64,000 nucleotides of DNA. Origin: an uncultured Actinomycetes bacterium (GTDB lineage: Bacteria > Actinomycetota > Thermoleophilia > Solirubrobacterales > 70-9). The notes beneath the pieces were generated by a model that did not search any database, had not been told where the DNA came from, and saw only the letters and a list, made by a program, of their open reading frames with translations. Location of the stretch: the NCBI GenBank assembly GCA_963810455.1, contig CAWEOH010000062.1, positions 5,737 through 69,736 of the forward strand, read 5' to 3'. Every line of letters begins with the position of its first letter. Position 1 is the first letter of the stretch. Made by a program: the position numbers and the translations under genes. Positions 16,409 to 25,964 of this stretch are shown in pieces.

Positions 16409-17719
16409 TCAGCCGAGCTCGGTCGCCTCGGCTTTCTCGGCCTCGAGCTCGAGGTCGACGCCGGCGCCGACCTCGCCGGCGCCGATCTCCCTGCCGTCGT
16501 AGGCGGCGAGCTGCGGGAAGAGGGCAGCGATGACGCCGACCGAGGCGAGGCAGGCGAGGCCGCCGGAGACGACCGAGAAGGCGGGCGAGGTGAGCGAGGC
16601 GACGGTGCCCGACTCGATGTCGCCGAGCCGCGGCCCGCCGGCGACGACGAGGCTGAAGACCGAGGTCATGCGGCCGCGCATCCGGTCCGGGGTCAGGGTC
16701 TGGGAGATCGTGCTGCGGCAGACGGCGCTGACGCTGTCGGCGGCGCCGGCGAGGGCGAACAGCGCCGCCGCCGGCCAGATCGAGTCGACCAGGCCGGCGA
16801 TCGCGATGAACGCTCCCCAGGCGGCGACGGCGGCGAGCGTGATCCGGCCGAGGAAGCGGGCGTGGACCAGCCAGCCGGTGGTCAGCGCGGCGACGGTCGA
16901 GCCGGCGGCGACGCTGGCGAAGAGCAGGCCGGTGCCCTCCGGCCCGGCGTGGTAGACGGTCAGCGCCAGGACCGGGAAGAGCGCCCGCGGCATCCCGAAG
17001 GTCATCGCCGAGAGGTCGATGACGAAGCTGCCGACCAGCGCCTTGATCTTGCGGACGAAGGAGAGGCCGCTGCGGATCGAGCGCATCACCGGCTCGTGGT
17101 GGGTCCCGGCCGGGACCGGCTGCGCCGACATCGCCCAGGCGGCGAGGGCCATGCCGAGGCAGCTGACGGCGTCGACCGCGTACGGGGTGCCGACGCCGAA
17201 GCCGGCGATCAGCAGGCCGCCGACCGCGGGGCCGACGACCTGGGTCAGCTGGTAGAGGCCGAAGGTGAGCGAGATCGCGGCGCGCAGGTTGTCGGGGTCG
17301 ACCGTGTTGGGGACGATCGCGGCGCGGACGACGCGCTCGACCGCGGCGGCGCCGGCCAGCGCCCCGGCGAGGACGAAGAGGATCCAGACGGGCGGCGTGC
17401 CGGCGAAGGCGGCGAGGGCGAGGACGGCGGCGATCGCGACCAGCGCGATCTGGCAGGTGAGCAGCAGGCGGCGGCGGTCGAAGCGGTCGGCGAGGGCGCC
17501 GCCGAACAGCGAGGCGACGACCAGCGGCACGATCTCGGCGGCGCCGAGCAGGCCGGTGAGGAAGGCCGAGTTGGTGAGCACGAAGACCTGGTACGGGAGG
17601 GCGACGAGGGTCGCCTGGGTGCCGAGGCCGGTGATCAGCGAGCCGGCGGTGAGCAGGCGGAAGTCGCGCGATTCCCGCAGGGCGCTGGTGTCGACGGCGA
17701 TGCGGGGGAGGCGGCGCAC
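16409..17719 (-). CDS. MFS transporter (EntS/MFS_3-like)
   Basis: The 436-aa product contains RDFRLLTAGSLITGLGTQATLVALPYQVF...GGALADRFDRRRLLL and 12 TM segments. Confidence 0.85.
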   Translation of the reverse strand: MRRLPRIAVDTSALRESRDFRLLTAGSLITGLGTQATLVALPYQVFVLTNSAFLTGLLGAAEIVPLVVASLFGGALADRFDRRRLLLTCQIALVAIAAVLALAAFAGTPPVWILFVLAGALAGAAAVERVVRAAIVPNTVDPDNLRAAISLTFGLYQLTQVVGPAVGGLLIAGFGVGTPYAVDAVSCLGMALAAWAMSAQPVPAGTHHEPVMRSIRSGLSFVRKIKALVGSFVIDLSAMTFGMPRALFPVLALTVYHAGPEGTGLLFASVAAGSTVAALTTGWLVHARFLGRITLAAVAAWGAFIAIAGLVDSIWPAAALFALAGAADSVSAVCRSTISQTLTPDRMRGRMTSVFSLVVAGGPRLGDIESGTVASLTSPAFSVVSGGLACLASVGVIAALFPQLAAYDGREIGAGEVGAGVDLELEAEKAEATELG

Positions 17720-17754
17720 AGGCCGAACCTACTGGCTGCCTATCATCGGCTGCG

Positions 17755-18717
17755 ATGGCCGCCGCAGCCGAGCCCGAGACGATGCGCGCGGTCCTCCTGC
17801 ACGAGTTCGGCGGTCCCGAGGTGCTGCGGGTCGAGCGGGCGCCGGTGCCGCGGCCGATCCTGACCGAGGTGCAGGTGCGAGTCGAGGTCGCCGGCGTCAA
17901 CCCGGTCGACCTGAAGACGCGGGCCGGGCGCGGGATGGCGCAGGTGCTGGGCGAGCCGCCGATCTGCCTCGGCTGGGACGTCGCCGGCGTCGTCACCGAG
18001 ACCGCGCCGGGGGTGACCCGCTTCGCGGTCGGCGACGAGGTCTTCGGGATGCCGTGGTTCCCGCGCCAGGCCGGCGCCTACGCCGAGTACGTGACCGCGC
18101 CCTCGCGCCACTTCGCGCCGAAGCCGCACGCGCTCTCGACCGAGGAGGCGGGGGCGCTGCCGCTGGCGGGGCTGACCGCCTGGCAGGTCGTCGTCGACAC
18201 CGCCCGCGTGCAGGAGGGCGACGACGTCCTCGTCCACGGCGCCGCCGGCGGCGTCGGCCACCTGGCGGTGCAGATCGCGCGGGCGCGCGGGGCGCGGGTG
18301 TTCGCCACCGCCCGCCGCGAGCAGGCCGAGTGGCTGGGCGGGCTCGGGGTCGAGCGGGTGATCGACTACCGGGAGGAGGACTTCGCCGCGCTGCTCGGCG
18401 ACCTCGACGCGGTGATCGACTGCCACGGCTCGCACGGCGAGGCATCGCTCGACGTGCTGCGGCCGGGCGGGATCCTGGTCCCGGTGCCGAGCGGATCCGC
18501 GGCGGACCTGGTCGAGCAGGCGGAGCGGCGGGGGCTGCGGGCGACCGGCTTCCTGGTCGAGCCCGACCCGGTCGGCCTGGCCGGGCTCACAGCGCTGGTC
18601 GAGGCGGGCGAGCTGCAGGTCCACGTCGACCGCGTCTTCGCGCTCGAGCAGGCGGACGAGGCGCACCGGCTGGCCGAATCGAGCCACGGCGGCGGCAAGA
18701 TCGCCCTGCGGGTGTAG
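17755..18717 (+). CDS. NADPH:quinone oxidoreductase / zinc-type alcohol dehydrogenase superfamily (MDR)
   Basis: MRAVLLHEFGGPEVLRVERAPVP...VNPVDLKTRAG...VHGAAGGVGHLAVQIA shows the GxGxxG pattern. Confidence 0.9.
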   Translation: MAAAAEPETMRAVLLHEFGGPEVLRVERAPVPRPILTEVQVRVEVAGVNPVDLKTRAGRGMAQVLGEPPICLGWDVAGVVTETAPGVTRFAVGDEVFGMPWFPRQAGAYAEYVTAPSRHFAPKPHALSTEEAGALPLAGLTAWQVVVDTARVQEGDDVLVHGAAGGVGHLAVQIARARGARVFATARREQAEWLGGLGVERVIDYREEDFAALLGDLDAVIDCHGSHGEASLDVLRPGGILVPVPSGSAADLVEQAERRGLRATGFLVEPDPVGLAGLTALVEAGELQVHVDRVFALEQADEAHRLAESSHGGGKIALRV

Positions 18718-18745
18718 GCGCGGTGTCCGGGTAGAGGACGGGGAG

Positions 18746-19576
18746 ATGACGACCGTGCTGATCACCGGCGCCAGCGACGGCCTCGGCCGCGGCGTCGCCG
18801 AGCGGCTCGCCGGCGAGGGCGCGACGCTGCACCTGCACGGGCGCGACGCGGAGAAGCTGGCGCGGGCGGCCGGCGAGATCGCCGCCGCGACCGGCAACGA
18901 GCGGATCGCCACCCACGTCGCCGACTTCGCCTCGCTGGCGCAGGTCCGGGCGCTGGCCGACGAGGTCGAGGCCGGGGCCGAGCGGCTCGACGTGCTGGTC
19001 AACAACGCCGGCATCGGCTCCGGCAAGCCGGAACTGCCGAGCCGCCAGGAGAGCGCCGACGGTTACGAGCTGCGCTTCGCCGTCAACTACCTGGCCGGGT
19101 TCCTGCTGACGCTGCGGCTGCTCGACCTGCTGCGCCGCTCGGCCCCGGCCCGGGTCGTCAACGTCGCTTCCCGCGGCCAGCAGCCGATCGACTTCGACGA
19201 CCCGATGATCGAGCGCGGCTACTTCGGCAAACGCGCCTACAGCCAGAGCAAGCTGGCTCAGATCAGCTTCGGCTTCGAGCTGGCGGAGCGGCTCGGGCCC
19301 GCGAGCGGCGTCGCCGTCAACAGCCTCCACCCCTCGACTTTCATGCCGACGAAGATGGTGATCGAGGAGTGGGGCGAGACCGTCGACTCGCTCGACCAGG
19401 GGATCGACGCGGTGGCGCGGCTGGCGACGGCGGCCGAGCTGGAGGGCGTCAGCGGCCGCTTCTTCGACCGGCAGGCCGAGGCCCGAGCCGCCGAGCAGGC
19501 CTACGACCCCGAGGCCCGCCGCCGTCTCTGGGAGCTGAGCCTGGAGCTGACCGGCGCCGCGGACCCCTTCGCCTGA
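18746..19576 (+). CDS. SDR family oxidoreductase
   Basis: VLITGASDGLGRG...NNAGIG...YSQSKLA matches the YxxxK motif. Confidence 0.9.
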   Translation: MTTVLITGASDGLGRGVAERLAGEGATLHLHGRDAEKLARAAGEIAAATGNERIATHVADFASLAQVRALADEVEAGAERLDVLVNNAGIGSGKPELPSRQESADGYELRFAVNYLAGFLLTLRLLDLLRRSAPARVVNVASRGQQPIDFDDPMIERGYFGKRAYSQSKLAQISFGFELAERLGPASGVAVNSLHPSTFMPTKMVIEEWGETVDSLDQGIDAVARLATAAELEGVSGRFFDRQAEARAAEQAYDPEARRRLWELSLELTGAADPFA

Positions 19577-19582
19577 CGACGA

Positions 19583-19624
19583 CTGGACGGTTTTGGTGGC
19601 TATCGCCACCTAAATGGTTCAGCG
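19583..19624. repeat. Copy 3 of the 40-nt repeated element, between convergent genes
   Basis: CTGGACGGTTTTGGTGGCTATCGCCACCTAAATGGTTCAGCG contains the imperfect inverted repeat TTTGGTGGC/GCCACCTAAA. It overlaps the dnaE2 stop codon. Confidence 0.55.
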
Positions 19625-22600
19625 GCCGCGGCGGCCGAAGCTGTGGCCGGCGGGGGCGACGGCGCGGAGCTCGGCGACGGCCAGCTCGCGGCGCTCCTGG
19701 CGCTGCTCGCGGCGCTGGCGGGAGGAGCCGATCGGCGGTTCGGCGCGGTCGGGACGGGCGACCGAGGGAGGCGGCGGAGCGGCGGGCTCGAGCGGGCGGA
19801 CCTCGGCGACGAGGACGTTGACGACGCCTTCGCGGCGCTCGAGGCGGCCGCGGGCGACGATCAGCGGCGCGGCGCGGACCAGCGCCCGGTGGCGCTCGTA
19901 GACCTCGCCGGGGACGACGAGGTTGATCACGCCGCGCTCGTCCTCGAGCAGCATGAAGACGATGCCGCGCGCGGTCTCCGGCCGCTGGCGGGCGACGACG
20001 AGGCCGGCGACCTCGACCTCGGCGCCGTCGTCGATCCGCTCGAGCTCGGTGCTGCGGCGGATCGAGGGCGCGAGCCCGTCGCGCAGCAGCGCCAGCGGGT
20101 GCGGGCCGAGGGTGACGCCGGTCGAGCGGTAGTCGGCGATCAGCTCGCCCCACTCGCCGAGCGGCTCGAGGTCGGGCGGCGCCGGCGGCTCCAGCGGCAG
20201 CGAGAGCTGGGCGCCGGCGGCGCGCCCGCGACCGCCGACCCCGACCCGCCAGAGCGACTGGCGGCGGTCCTCGTCGCCGTCGCGGGGACCGCCCACGGCC
20301 GGGATCGAGTCGAGCGCCCCGGCCCAGGCCAGCCGTTCGAGGCTCGCCAGCCCCGCCCCCGCCCGCGAGGCGAGCTCGGCGATTCCCCGGTAGGCGCCGC
20401 CGCGCCGTCGCTCGGCGACCAGCGCCTCCATCTCCTCCGCCCGCACCCCCTTCACGTAGCCGAGCCCGATCCGCACCACCAACCCCCCGCGCACCGGCGC
20501 GGGCTGGCGGCGCTCGCTGGGGCGGCGGGGGGATTCGACGTGGCAGAGGACGTGGCTGCGGTTGGCGTCGGGCGGGGCGACGCGGATGCCGCGCCGCTGC
20601 GCCTCGTGGACGAGCGAGTCGGGCGGGTAGAAGCCCATCGGCTGCTCGTTGAGCAGCGCGCAGAGGAACTCGGGCGCGCGGTGCTCGCGCAGCCAGGCTG
20701 ACTGGTAGGCGAGCAGCCCGAAGGCGGCCGAGTGCGCCTTGGGGAAGCCGAAGCCGGAGAAGCCCTGGATCTTCTCCCAGATCCGCTGCGCCAGCGCCGG
20801 CGAGGCGCCGTGCTTGGCGGCGGCGCCGGCGAGGAAGCGCTGGTGGTGCCCGTCGATCGCCTGCTGGGAGCGCTTGCGGCTCATCGCCCGGCGCAGGCTC
20901 TCCGCCTCGGCCGCGGTGAAGCCGGCGAAGGCGATCGCCACCTCCAGCACCTGCTCCTGGTAGACGATCGTCCCCAGCGTCTCGGCCAGCACCGGGCGCA
21001 GCGAGGGGTGCTCGTAGGGGACCTCGTAGCTGGGGTCCTCGCGCAGCCGCTTGCGCCTCTCTATGTAGGGATGGACGGCGCCGCCCTGGATCGGGCCCGG
21101 CCGCACCAGCGCCACCTGCACGGTGAGGTCGTCGATGTTGCGCGGCCGGGTGCGGGGCAGCATCTGCATCTGCGCCCGGCTCTCGATCTGGAAGACGCCG
21201 GTGGTCTCGGCGGCGCGGATCGATTCGAAGGTCCCCTCGTCGGCGTAGTCGATGCGCGAGAGGTCGAGGTGCTCGCCGCGGGTCAGCGCCAGCTCGTCGA
21301 CGCAGCGCTCGACCGCGGAGAGCATCCCCAGCCCGAGCAGGTCGATCTTCAGCAGGCCGGCGTCCGAGCAGGAGTCCTTGTCCCACTGGATGATCTGGCG
21401 GCCGGCCATCGCCGCCGGCACCACCGGGCAGACGTCGATCAGCGGCTCGGTCGAGATCACCATCCCGCCCGAGTGCTGGGAGGCGTGGCGGGGCAGGCCG
21501 AGCGCATCCGGGCAGAGCCAGAGCAGCGCCCGCCAGCGCGGCGAGCGCGCCCGCTCGGCGCCGATCGCCGCGGCGACGTCGCGCTCGATCTCGCCCGAGC
21601 ACTCGTGGAAGCCGACCGTCTTCGCCACCCGGTCGATCTCCGCCGGCGGCAGCCCGAGCGCCTTGCCGAGGTCGCGCACGGCGCCGCGCGGGCGGTAGGT
21701 CGGGAAGGCGGCGACCAGCGCCGAGCGGTCGGCGCCGTAGACCTCGTGCACGCGCGGGATCAGCCGCTCGCGGATGTCGCGGGGGAAGTCGAGGTCGATG
21801 TCCGGCATCGACTCGCCGGTCGCATCGTTGAGGAAGCGGCCGGAGAAGAGGCCGGTCTTGACCGGGTCGATGTGGGAGAGGCCGGTCAGGTAGCAGACGA
21901 TCGAGCTGACGCTGGAGCCGCGGCCCCGCCCCGGGGGCAGCACCGAGCGGGCCGAGTCGCGGCCGCGGACCTCGGCGGCGACCTCGCGGGCGAGCTCGAG
22001 CAGGTCGTGGTGGAGGAGGAAGAAGCCGGAGAGGCCGAGCCGCCGGATCGTGCTCAGCTCGTCGTCGAGGCGGGCCGCGGCGGCGGCCCGGTCGGGCGAG
22101 CCGGCGTAGCGCTCGCTCAGCCGCGCGCGGCAGAGCTCGGCGAGGGTTCGGTCGGCGTCGGTCTGCTGCGGGTAGCGGTAGCCGAGCTCGGTGGTGAGGT
22201 CGAAGCGGAGCCGCTCGGCGAGGCGGACGGTCTCGGCGACGGCGTCGGGGTGCTCGGCGAAGCGGGCGGCCATCGCCCGCGGCGAGGCGAGCGCCGAGCT
22301 GCGGTTGCCGCGCCGGTGGGGCTCGGACTCCTCCAGCGTCTCGCCGCGGGCGACGGCGACCAGCGCGTCCTGCAGGCGGGCGCGGCGCAGGCTGTGGGAG
22401 TGGACGTTGCCGGTGGCGACGGTGGCGACGCCGAGCCGCTCGGCGAGCAGGGCGAGCCAGCGGTTGCGGGCGCGGTCGCGGCGCCAGTAGGGGCGCTGCA
22501 GCTCGACCCGGAAGCGGTCGCGGCCGAAGGCGGCGAGCAGGCGGCGGCCGAGCCGCTCGCCGCGGGCGCGGTCGCCGCGCTCGAAGGCGCCGGCCAGCGC

Positions 22601-23017
22601 CCCGTCGCCAGCGCAGCCGGAGAGGCAGACGAGCCCCGCCGCATGCTCCTCCACCTGCTCCAGCGTCGCCCAGGGCTGGCTCAGCGTGCGCCCGGTGCTG
22701 TCCCGGGTGTGGGAGTGAGCCAACGTGAGCAGGCGACAGAGGTTGCGGTACCCCGCCGCGTCCTCGACCAGGAGAGTTATGTGTGCGTACGGGCCCAGGC
22801 GTATGGTCAACTCCGTCCCGGTGATCGCCCGTACCGCAAGCCCCCGGCACGCCTCGGCGAACTCGCGCGAGCCCCAGAGGCCGTCGTGGTCGGTGAGGGC
22901 GAGCGCCTCGTAACCGTGGGCCTCGGCGGCGTGGGCGAGCTCGAGCGGGGTCGAGGCGCCGTCGAGGAAGGAGAAGGCGGAGTGCGCGTGCAGCTCCACG
23001 TAGGGAGGCGTCGCCAT
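19619..23017 (-). CDS. dnaE2: Error-prone DNA polymerase III alpha subunit DnaE2
   Basis: The 1132-aa product has the PHP N-terminus YVELHAHSAFSFLDGASTPLEL..ALTDHDGLWG and a pol III alpha core. It sits directly downstream of imuB. Confidence 0.93.
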   Translation of the reverse strand: MATPPYVELHAHSAFSFLDGASTPLELAHAAEAHGYEALALTDHDGLWGSREFAEACRGLAVRAITGTELTIRLGPYAHITLLVEDAAGYRNLCRLLTLAHSHTRDSTGRTLSQPWATLEQVEEHAAGLVCLSGCAGDGALAGAFERGDRARGERLGRRLLAAFGRDRFRVELQRPYWRRDRARNRWLALLAERLGVATVATGNVHSHSLRRARLQDALVAVARGETLEESEPHRRGNRSSALASPRAMAARFAEHPDAVAETVRLAERLRFDLTTELGYRYPQQTDADRTLAELCRARLSERYAGSPDRAAAAARLDDELSTIRRLGLSGFFLLHHDLLELAREVAAEVRGRDSARSVLPPGRGRGSSVSSIVCYLTGLSHIDPVKTGLFSGRFLNDATGESMPDIDLDFPRDIRERLIPRVHEVYGADRSALVAAFPTYRPRGAVRDLGKALGLPPAEIDRVAKTVGFHECSGEIERDVAAAIGAERARSPRWRALLWLCPDALGLPRHASQHSGGMVISTEPLIDVCPVVPAAMAGRQIIQWDKDSCSDAGLLKIDLLGLGMLSAVERCVDELALTRGEHLDLSRIDYADEGTFESIRAAETTGVFQIESRAQMQMLPRTRPRNIDDLTVQVALVRPGPIQGGAVHPYIERRKRLREDPSYEVPYEHPSLRPVLAETLGTIVYQEQVLEVAIAFAGFTAAEAESLRRAMSRKRSQQAIDGHHQRFLAGAAAKHGASPALAQRIWEKIQGFSGFGFPKAHSAAFGLLAYQSAWLREHRAPEFLCALLNEQPMGFYPPDSLVHEAQRRGIRVAPPDANRSHVLCHVESPRRPSERRQPAPVRGGLVVRIGLGYVKGVRAEEMEALVAERRRGGAYRGIAELASRAGAGLASLERLAWAGALDSIPAVGGPRDGDEDRRQSLWRVGVGGRGRAAGAQLSLPLEPPAPPDLEPLGEWGELIADYRSTGVTLGPHPLALLRDGLAPSIRRSTELERIDDGAEVEVAGLVVARQRPETARGIVFMLLEDERGVINLVVPGEVYERHRALVRAAPLIVARGRLERREGVVNVLVAEVRPLEPAAPPPPSVARPDRAEPPIGSSRQRREQRQERRELAVAELRAVAPAGHSFGRRGR

Positions 23018-23030
23018 CGGGCCTCCCGGC

Positions 23031-23276
23031 TCAACCGCGCTGGCGGTACCAGCGATCGCCGGCGAGGCGAAAGACGGTGAGGTCGCGGCCGTCGGCGAGC
23101 ACCAGCTCGAAGTAGTGGCGGCGCAGCGGCGGCGGCGTCCACCAGCGGTCCTCGACCAGCCACTCCTCGCGCACCGCCTCGACGGCGACGCCGCCGACCG
23201 CGGCCGGGGCGCCGCCCGGACCGACCCGCACCTCGACCGGGCGCGGCGTGTAGAGCCGGCGCAGCCCCGGGGTCAC
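23031..23276 (-). CDS. Small conserved-looking hypothetical protein between imuB and dnaE2
   Basis: The 81-aa product contains ...VEAVREEWLVEDRWWTPPPLRRHYFELVLADGRDLTVFRLAGDRWYRQRG. It starts at a GTG and lies 13 nt upstream of dnaE2. I did not recognise the family with confidence. Confidence 0.55.
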   Translation of the reverse strand: MTPGLRRLYTPRPVEVRVGPGGAPAAVGGVAVEAVREEWLVEDRWWTPPPLRRHYFELVLADGRDLTVFRLAGDRWYRQRG

Positions 23277-23322
23277 CGGCCCGTCCTCGCCATCGCGCGA
23301 TGCACGCTCGCCGGCTCCGCGC

Positions 23323-24399
23323 TCACAGCTCCGGGAAGGGAGTCAGCATCGCCCACCGCTCCGGCACCCGCGATTCGGAATCGACCGGGAGGATCTTGAG
23401 CAGCGCCTCGGCCCCCTGCGCGGCGCGCACCTCGCGCACCGCCTGGCCGAGCCGGCGCCGTCGCGAGAGCTGGGCGCCGTCGCCGACCGGCAGCTCGATC
23501 TGGTCGCTGGCCGGGGGACCGAAGCCGAGCGCCCGCACCCGCAGCACCTCAGCCGGGCCGGGCAGCGACTCCAGCCGCGGCGCCAGCACCGCGCGCAGGA
23601 CCGCGGGCGAGGCGCTCGGCCGGCCGAGGCCCTGCTCGACGCTCCAGCTGCCGCCGCCGGAGAGGCGGGCGCCGAGCCGCAGCCCGAGCAGCGTCCGCCC
23701 GCGCCGCTGCGGCGCCGCCAGCAGGCGGTCGACGAGCAGCTCGAGGGCGCGGTCGAGCTGGCGCCCGGCGGTGCCTTCCGGCAGCTCGATCTGCTCGACC
23801 AGCTCCTCGTGCGGCTGCCGCGGGCGCAGCGGCTCGTCGATCCCCCGCGCCAGCCGCAGCGCCCGCAGCCCGACGGCGCCGAAGCGGTCGGCGGCCTGGT
23901 CGGGAGAGAGCCGCGCAAGGCGGCCGAGGGTGCCGATCCCGAGCCGCTTCAGCGCGGTGAGAAACTCCTCCGCCTCGGGCTCGGGGACGCCGAGCCGGGT
24001 GCGCAGCAGGCCGATTCCGAGCGGCGCCAGGAAGGCGGCGAGACCGGCCTCGTCGACGTGCCCGTCGTCCTCGTGGCGGGCGACGGCGAAGGCGGCGAAG
24101 CGGGTCGGCGCGACGCCGATCCGGACCTCGCCGCCGATCGCGTCGCGCGCCGCCGAGACCACCCCCTCGCGTTCGCCGCCGTAGACGCCGCGCAGCCCGT
24201 CGACGGCGAAGAAGGCCTCGCCCGATTGCTCGGACTCGACCGCGGCGCCGATTCCCTCCAGCGCCCGCACCGTCGCCTCGGTCCGCTCCGCCGCGGCGGC
24301 CGGATCGGGAAGCAGATCGCGCCCGGGCCGGGACCCCCCGGAGCGGCCCGGGCGCGGCGGAGCCGCCATGCGACTGCCGATGACGCAAGCGATCTCCAT
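23323..24399 (-). CDS. imuB: ImuB-like Y-family DNA polymerase homologue (shortened N-terminal catalytic region)
   Basis: The 358-aa product contains ..AFFAVDGLRGVYGGE...IGVAPTRFAAFAVA...LPLGIGLL...LKRLGIGTLGRLARL (HhH-like). It is positioned upstream of dnaE2 with a LexA box at its start. Confidence 0.8.
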   Translation of the reverse strand: MEIACVIGSRMAAPPRPGRSGGSRPGRDLLPDPAAAAERTEATVRALEGIGAAVESEQSGEAFFAVDGLRGVYGGEREGVVSAARDAIGGEVRIGVAPTRFAAFAVARHEDDGHVDEAGLAAFLAPLGIGLLRTRLGVPEPEAEEFLTALKRLGIGTLGRLARLSPDQAADRFGAVGLRALRLARGIDEPLRPRQPHEELVEQIELPEGTAGRQLDRALELLVDRLLAAPQRRGRTLLGLRLGARLSGGGSWSVEQGLGRPSASPAVLRAVLAPRLESLPGPAEVLRVRALGFGPPASDQIELPVGDGAQLSRRRRLGQAVREVRAAQGAEALLKILPVDSESRVPERWAMLTPFPEL

Positions 24400-24416
24400 A
24401 CGAACGTATGTTCGTA
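24399..24416 (-). promoter_or_regulatory. LexA (SOS) box of the Gram-positive/actinobacterial type
   Basis: TACGAACGTATGTTCGTA is a perfect palindrome containing CGAAC-N4-GTTCG. It abuts the imuB ATG at 24399. A TTGACT hexamer lies upstream on the minus strand at 24432-24437. Confidence 0.8.
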
Positions 24417-24465
24417 TAAGGGGGTAGAGAAAGTCAAGGCCTCGCGACCGAAATTTTCCTGGCGG

Positions 24466-25140
24466 CTACTCGCCGCGGGAGATCTTGGCGGCGTCGGTGC
24501 TGCCGAGGTACGGCGTGAGGGTGAACTCGACCAGGTCGGGGAGCAGCTCTTCGAGCTCGGCGGTGCGGCCGGCGATGATGCGGCGCGAGATCAGCGAGAC
24601 CATGCCGCCGACCAGGGCCTCCTCGGTGGTCGGCGAGAGGCGCTCGAGGACCTCCTTCGATTTGCCCTCGCGGCCGGCCTGGAAGTAGGGGACGAGGTCC
24701 TGGATCGCGGCGTCGTAGCGGTCGACGACGACCGGGCCGGCGACCAGCGCCTCGACCATGCAGAGGCGGGCCAGGTGCGGCTCGCCGGCGAGGAAGGAGA
24801 GCATCGCGGCGATCGCGTCGCGGACCGCGTGCGGCCAGTCGTCGGCCGCCTCGTAAGCTTCCCGGACGCGCTCGCCGAGCTGCTCCATCACCGCGTCGTA
24901 GGCGGCGACGAAGCACTCGTCCTTGCTCGAGAAGTGCTCGTAGAAGGTGCGCCGCGAGACCGCCGCGTGGCGGGTGATGTGGCCGATCGTCGTCGCCGCG
25001 AAGCCGTTTTCGGCAACCGCCTCGGCGAGGCCGGCGATCAGCCGCTCGCGCTGGTTGTGGACGACGAACTCACGCGGGAGACCGTGCCGCCCGGGTGGGA
25101 GGCGGGAGAGCTCGGGTGGATACTCGGGGGCTGACTCCAC
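24466..25140 (-). CDS. TetR/AcrR family transcriptional regulator (paralogue 1 of 4)
   Basis: ..LPREFVVHNQRERLIAGLAEAVAENGFAATTIGHITRHAAVSRRTFYEHFSSKDECF.. is the HTH region. The C-terminus ends ..LLPDLVEFTLTPYLG. Confidence 0.9.
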   Translation of the reverse strand: MESAPEYPPELSRLPPGRHGLPREFVVHNQRERLIAGLAEAVAENGFAATTIGHITRHAAVSRRTFYEHFSSKDECFVAAYDAVMEQLGERVREAYEAADDWPHAVRDAIAAMLSFLAGEPHLARLCMVEALVAGPVVVDRYDAAIQDLVPYFQAGREGKSKEVLERLSPTTEEALVGGMVSLISRRIIAGRTAELEELLPDLVEFTLTPYLGSTDAAKISRGE

Positions 25141-25214
25141 AGAAATCGAATCGCGGGTGCGCAGGTCTGACCTGACGATACCGATCAGCGGTTATGGATT
25201 AACGCCCAAGTTCT

Positions 25215-25895
25215 TTAATCATCAGTCGAGAACCGCTTGGCGGCCTCGGCGCCGATGTAGGGAGTGAGGGCGAACTCGACCAGCTGGGGCAGGAGCTGCT
25301 CGATCTCCTCTGTCTCGCCGAGGACGATGCGGTTGTAGATGATCCAGAAGATCCCGCCGGCGATCGCTTCCTCCAGGGTCGGCGGCAGCTCGTCGCCGTG
25401 CGGCGAGACCATGCGGCCGATCCGGAACAGGGGGAGGAATTTCTGCAGCGACTCCTCGTAGCGGTCGAGCGCCTCCGGCCCGGCCGAGAGCGACTCGACC
25501 AGGCAGGTCCGGGCCAGCGCCGGTTCGCTGGCGACGTAGCCGAGGAAGGCGGCGAGGCCGGCGCGGACGCGGCTCTGCCAGCTCTCGACCTCGGTGGCCG
25601 CCTCGACGATCCGCCGCAGCGCCTCCTCCAGCGCGTAGTCGAGGGTGGCGAGGAAGCAGTCCTGCTTGGAGGAGAAGTTGTCGTAGAAGGTGTTGCGGGC
25701 GATTCCCGCGCGGCGGACGATGTCGGCGACGGTCACCGCGCGGTAGCCCTTCGCCGACACCTCCTCGGCGAGTGCCCTGATGATCCGGGCCCGCTGATGC
25801 TGGGCGATGAACTCACGGGACAGCTGCTGGCGGCCGGGGGCGGGCCGCATGGTGGGGGCGCGTTGAGACACGAACATCAGAGTACCTGAGGCCAA
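25215..25895 (-). CDS. TetR/AcrR family transcriptional regulator (paralogue 2 of 4)
   Basis: The product contains ..LSREFIAQHQRARIIRALAEEVSAKGYRAVTVADIVRRAGIARNTFYDNFSSKQDCF.. and ends ..LLPQLVEFALTPYIG. Internal Met codons could serve as alternative starts. Confidence 0.88.
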   Translation of the reverse strand: MASGTLMFVSQRAPTMRPAPGRQQLSREFIAQHQRARIIRALAEEVSAKGYRAVTVADIVRRAGIARNTFYDNFSSKQDCFLATLDYALEEALRRIVEAATEVESWQSRVRAGLAAFLGYVASEPALARTCLVESLSAGPEALDRYEESLQKFLPLFRIGRMVSPHGDELPPTLEEAIAGGIFWIIYNRIVLGETEEIEQLLPQLVEFALTPYIGAEAAKRFSTDD

Positions 25896-25964
25896 CCCGA
25901 TCTAAACGGACCCCGTGCCACCCCCGCCCGCGAGATACCACTAGGGTACCCAGCGCTGGACAGC

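Noticed and set aside
23031-23276. Considered whether the 81-aa ORF is ImuA/ImuA' or a detached ImuB C-terminus.
   Set aside because: It is far too short and has no RecA-like motifs, so ImuA is unlikely. A 46-nt gap with a stop codon separates it from imuB, and it has its own GTG. I could not decide whether it is a split-off ImuB C-terminal module.
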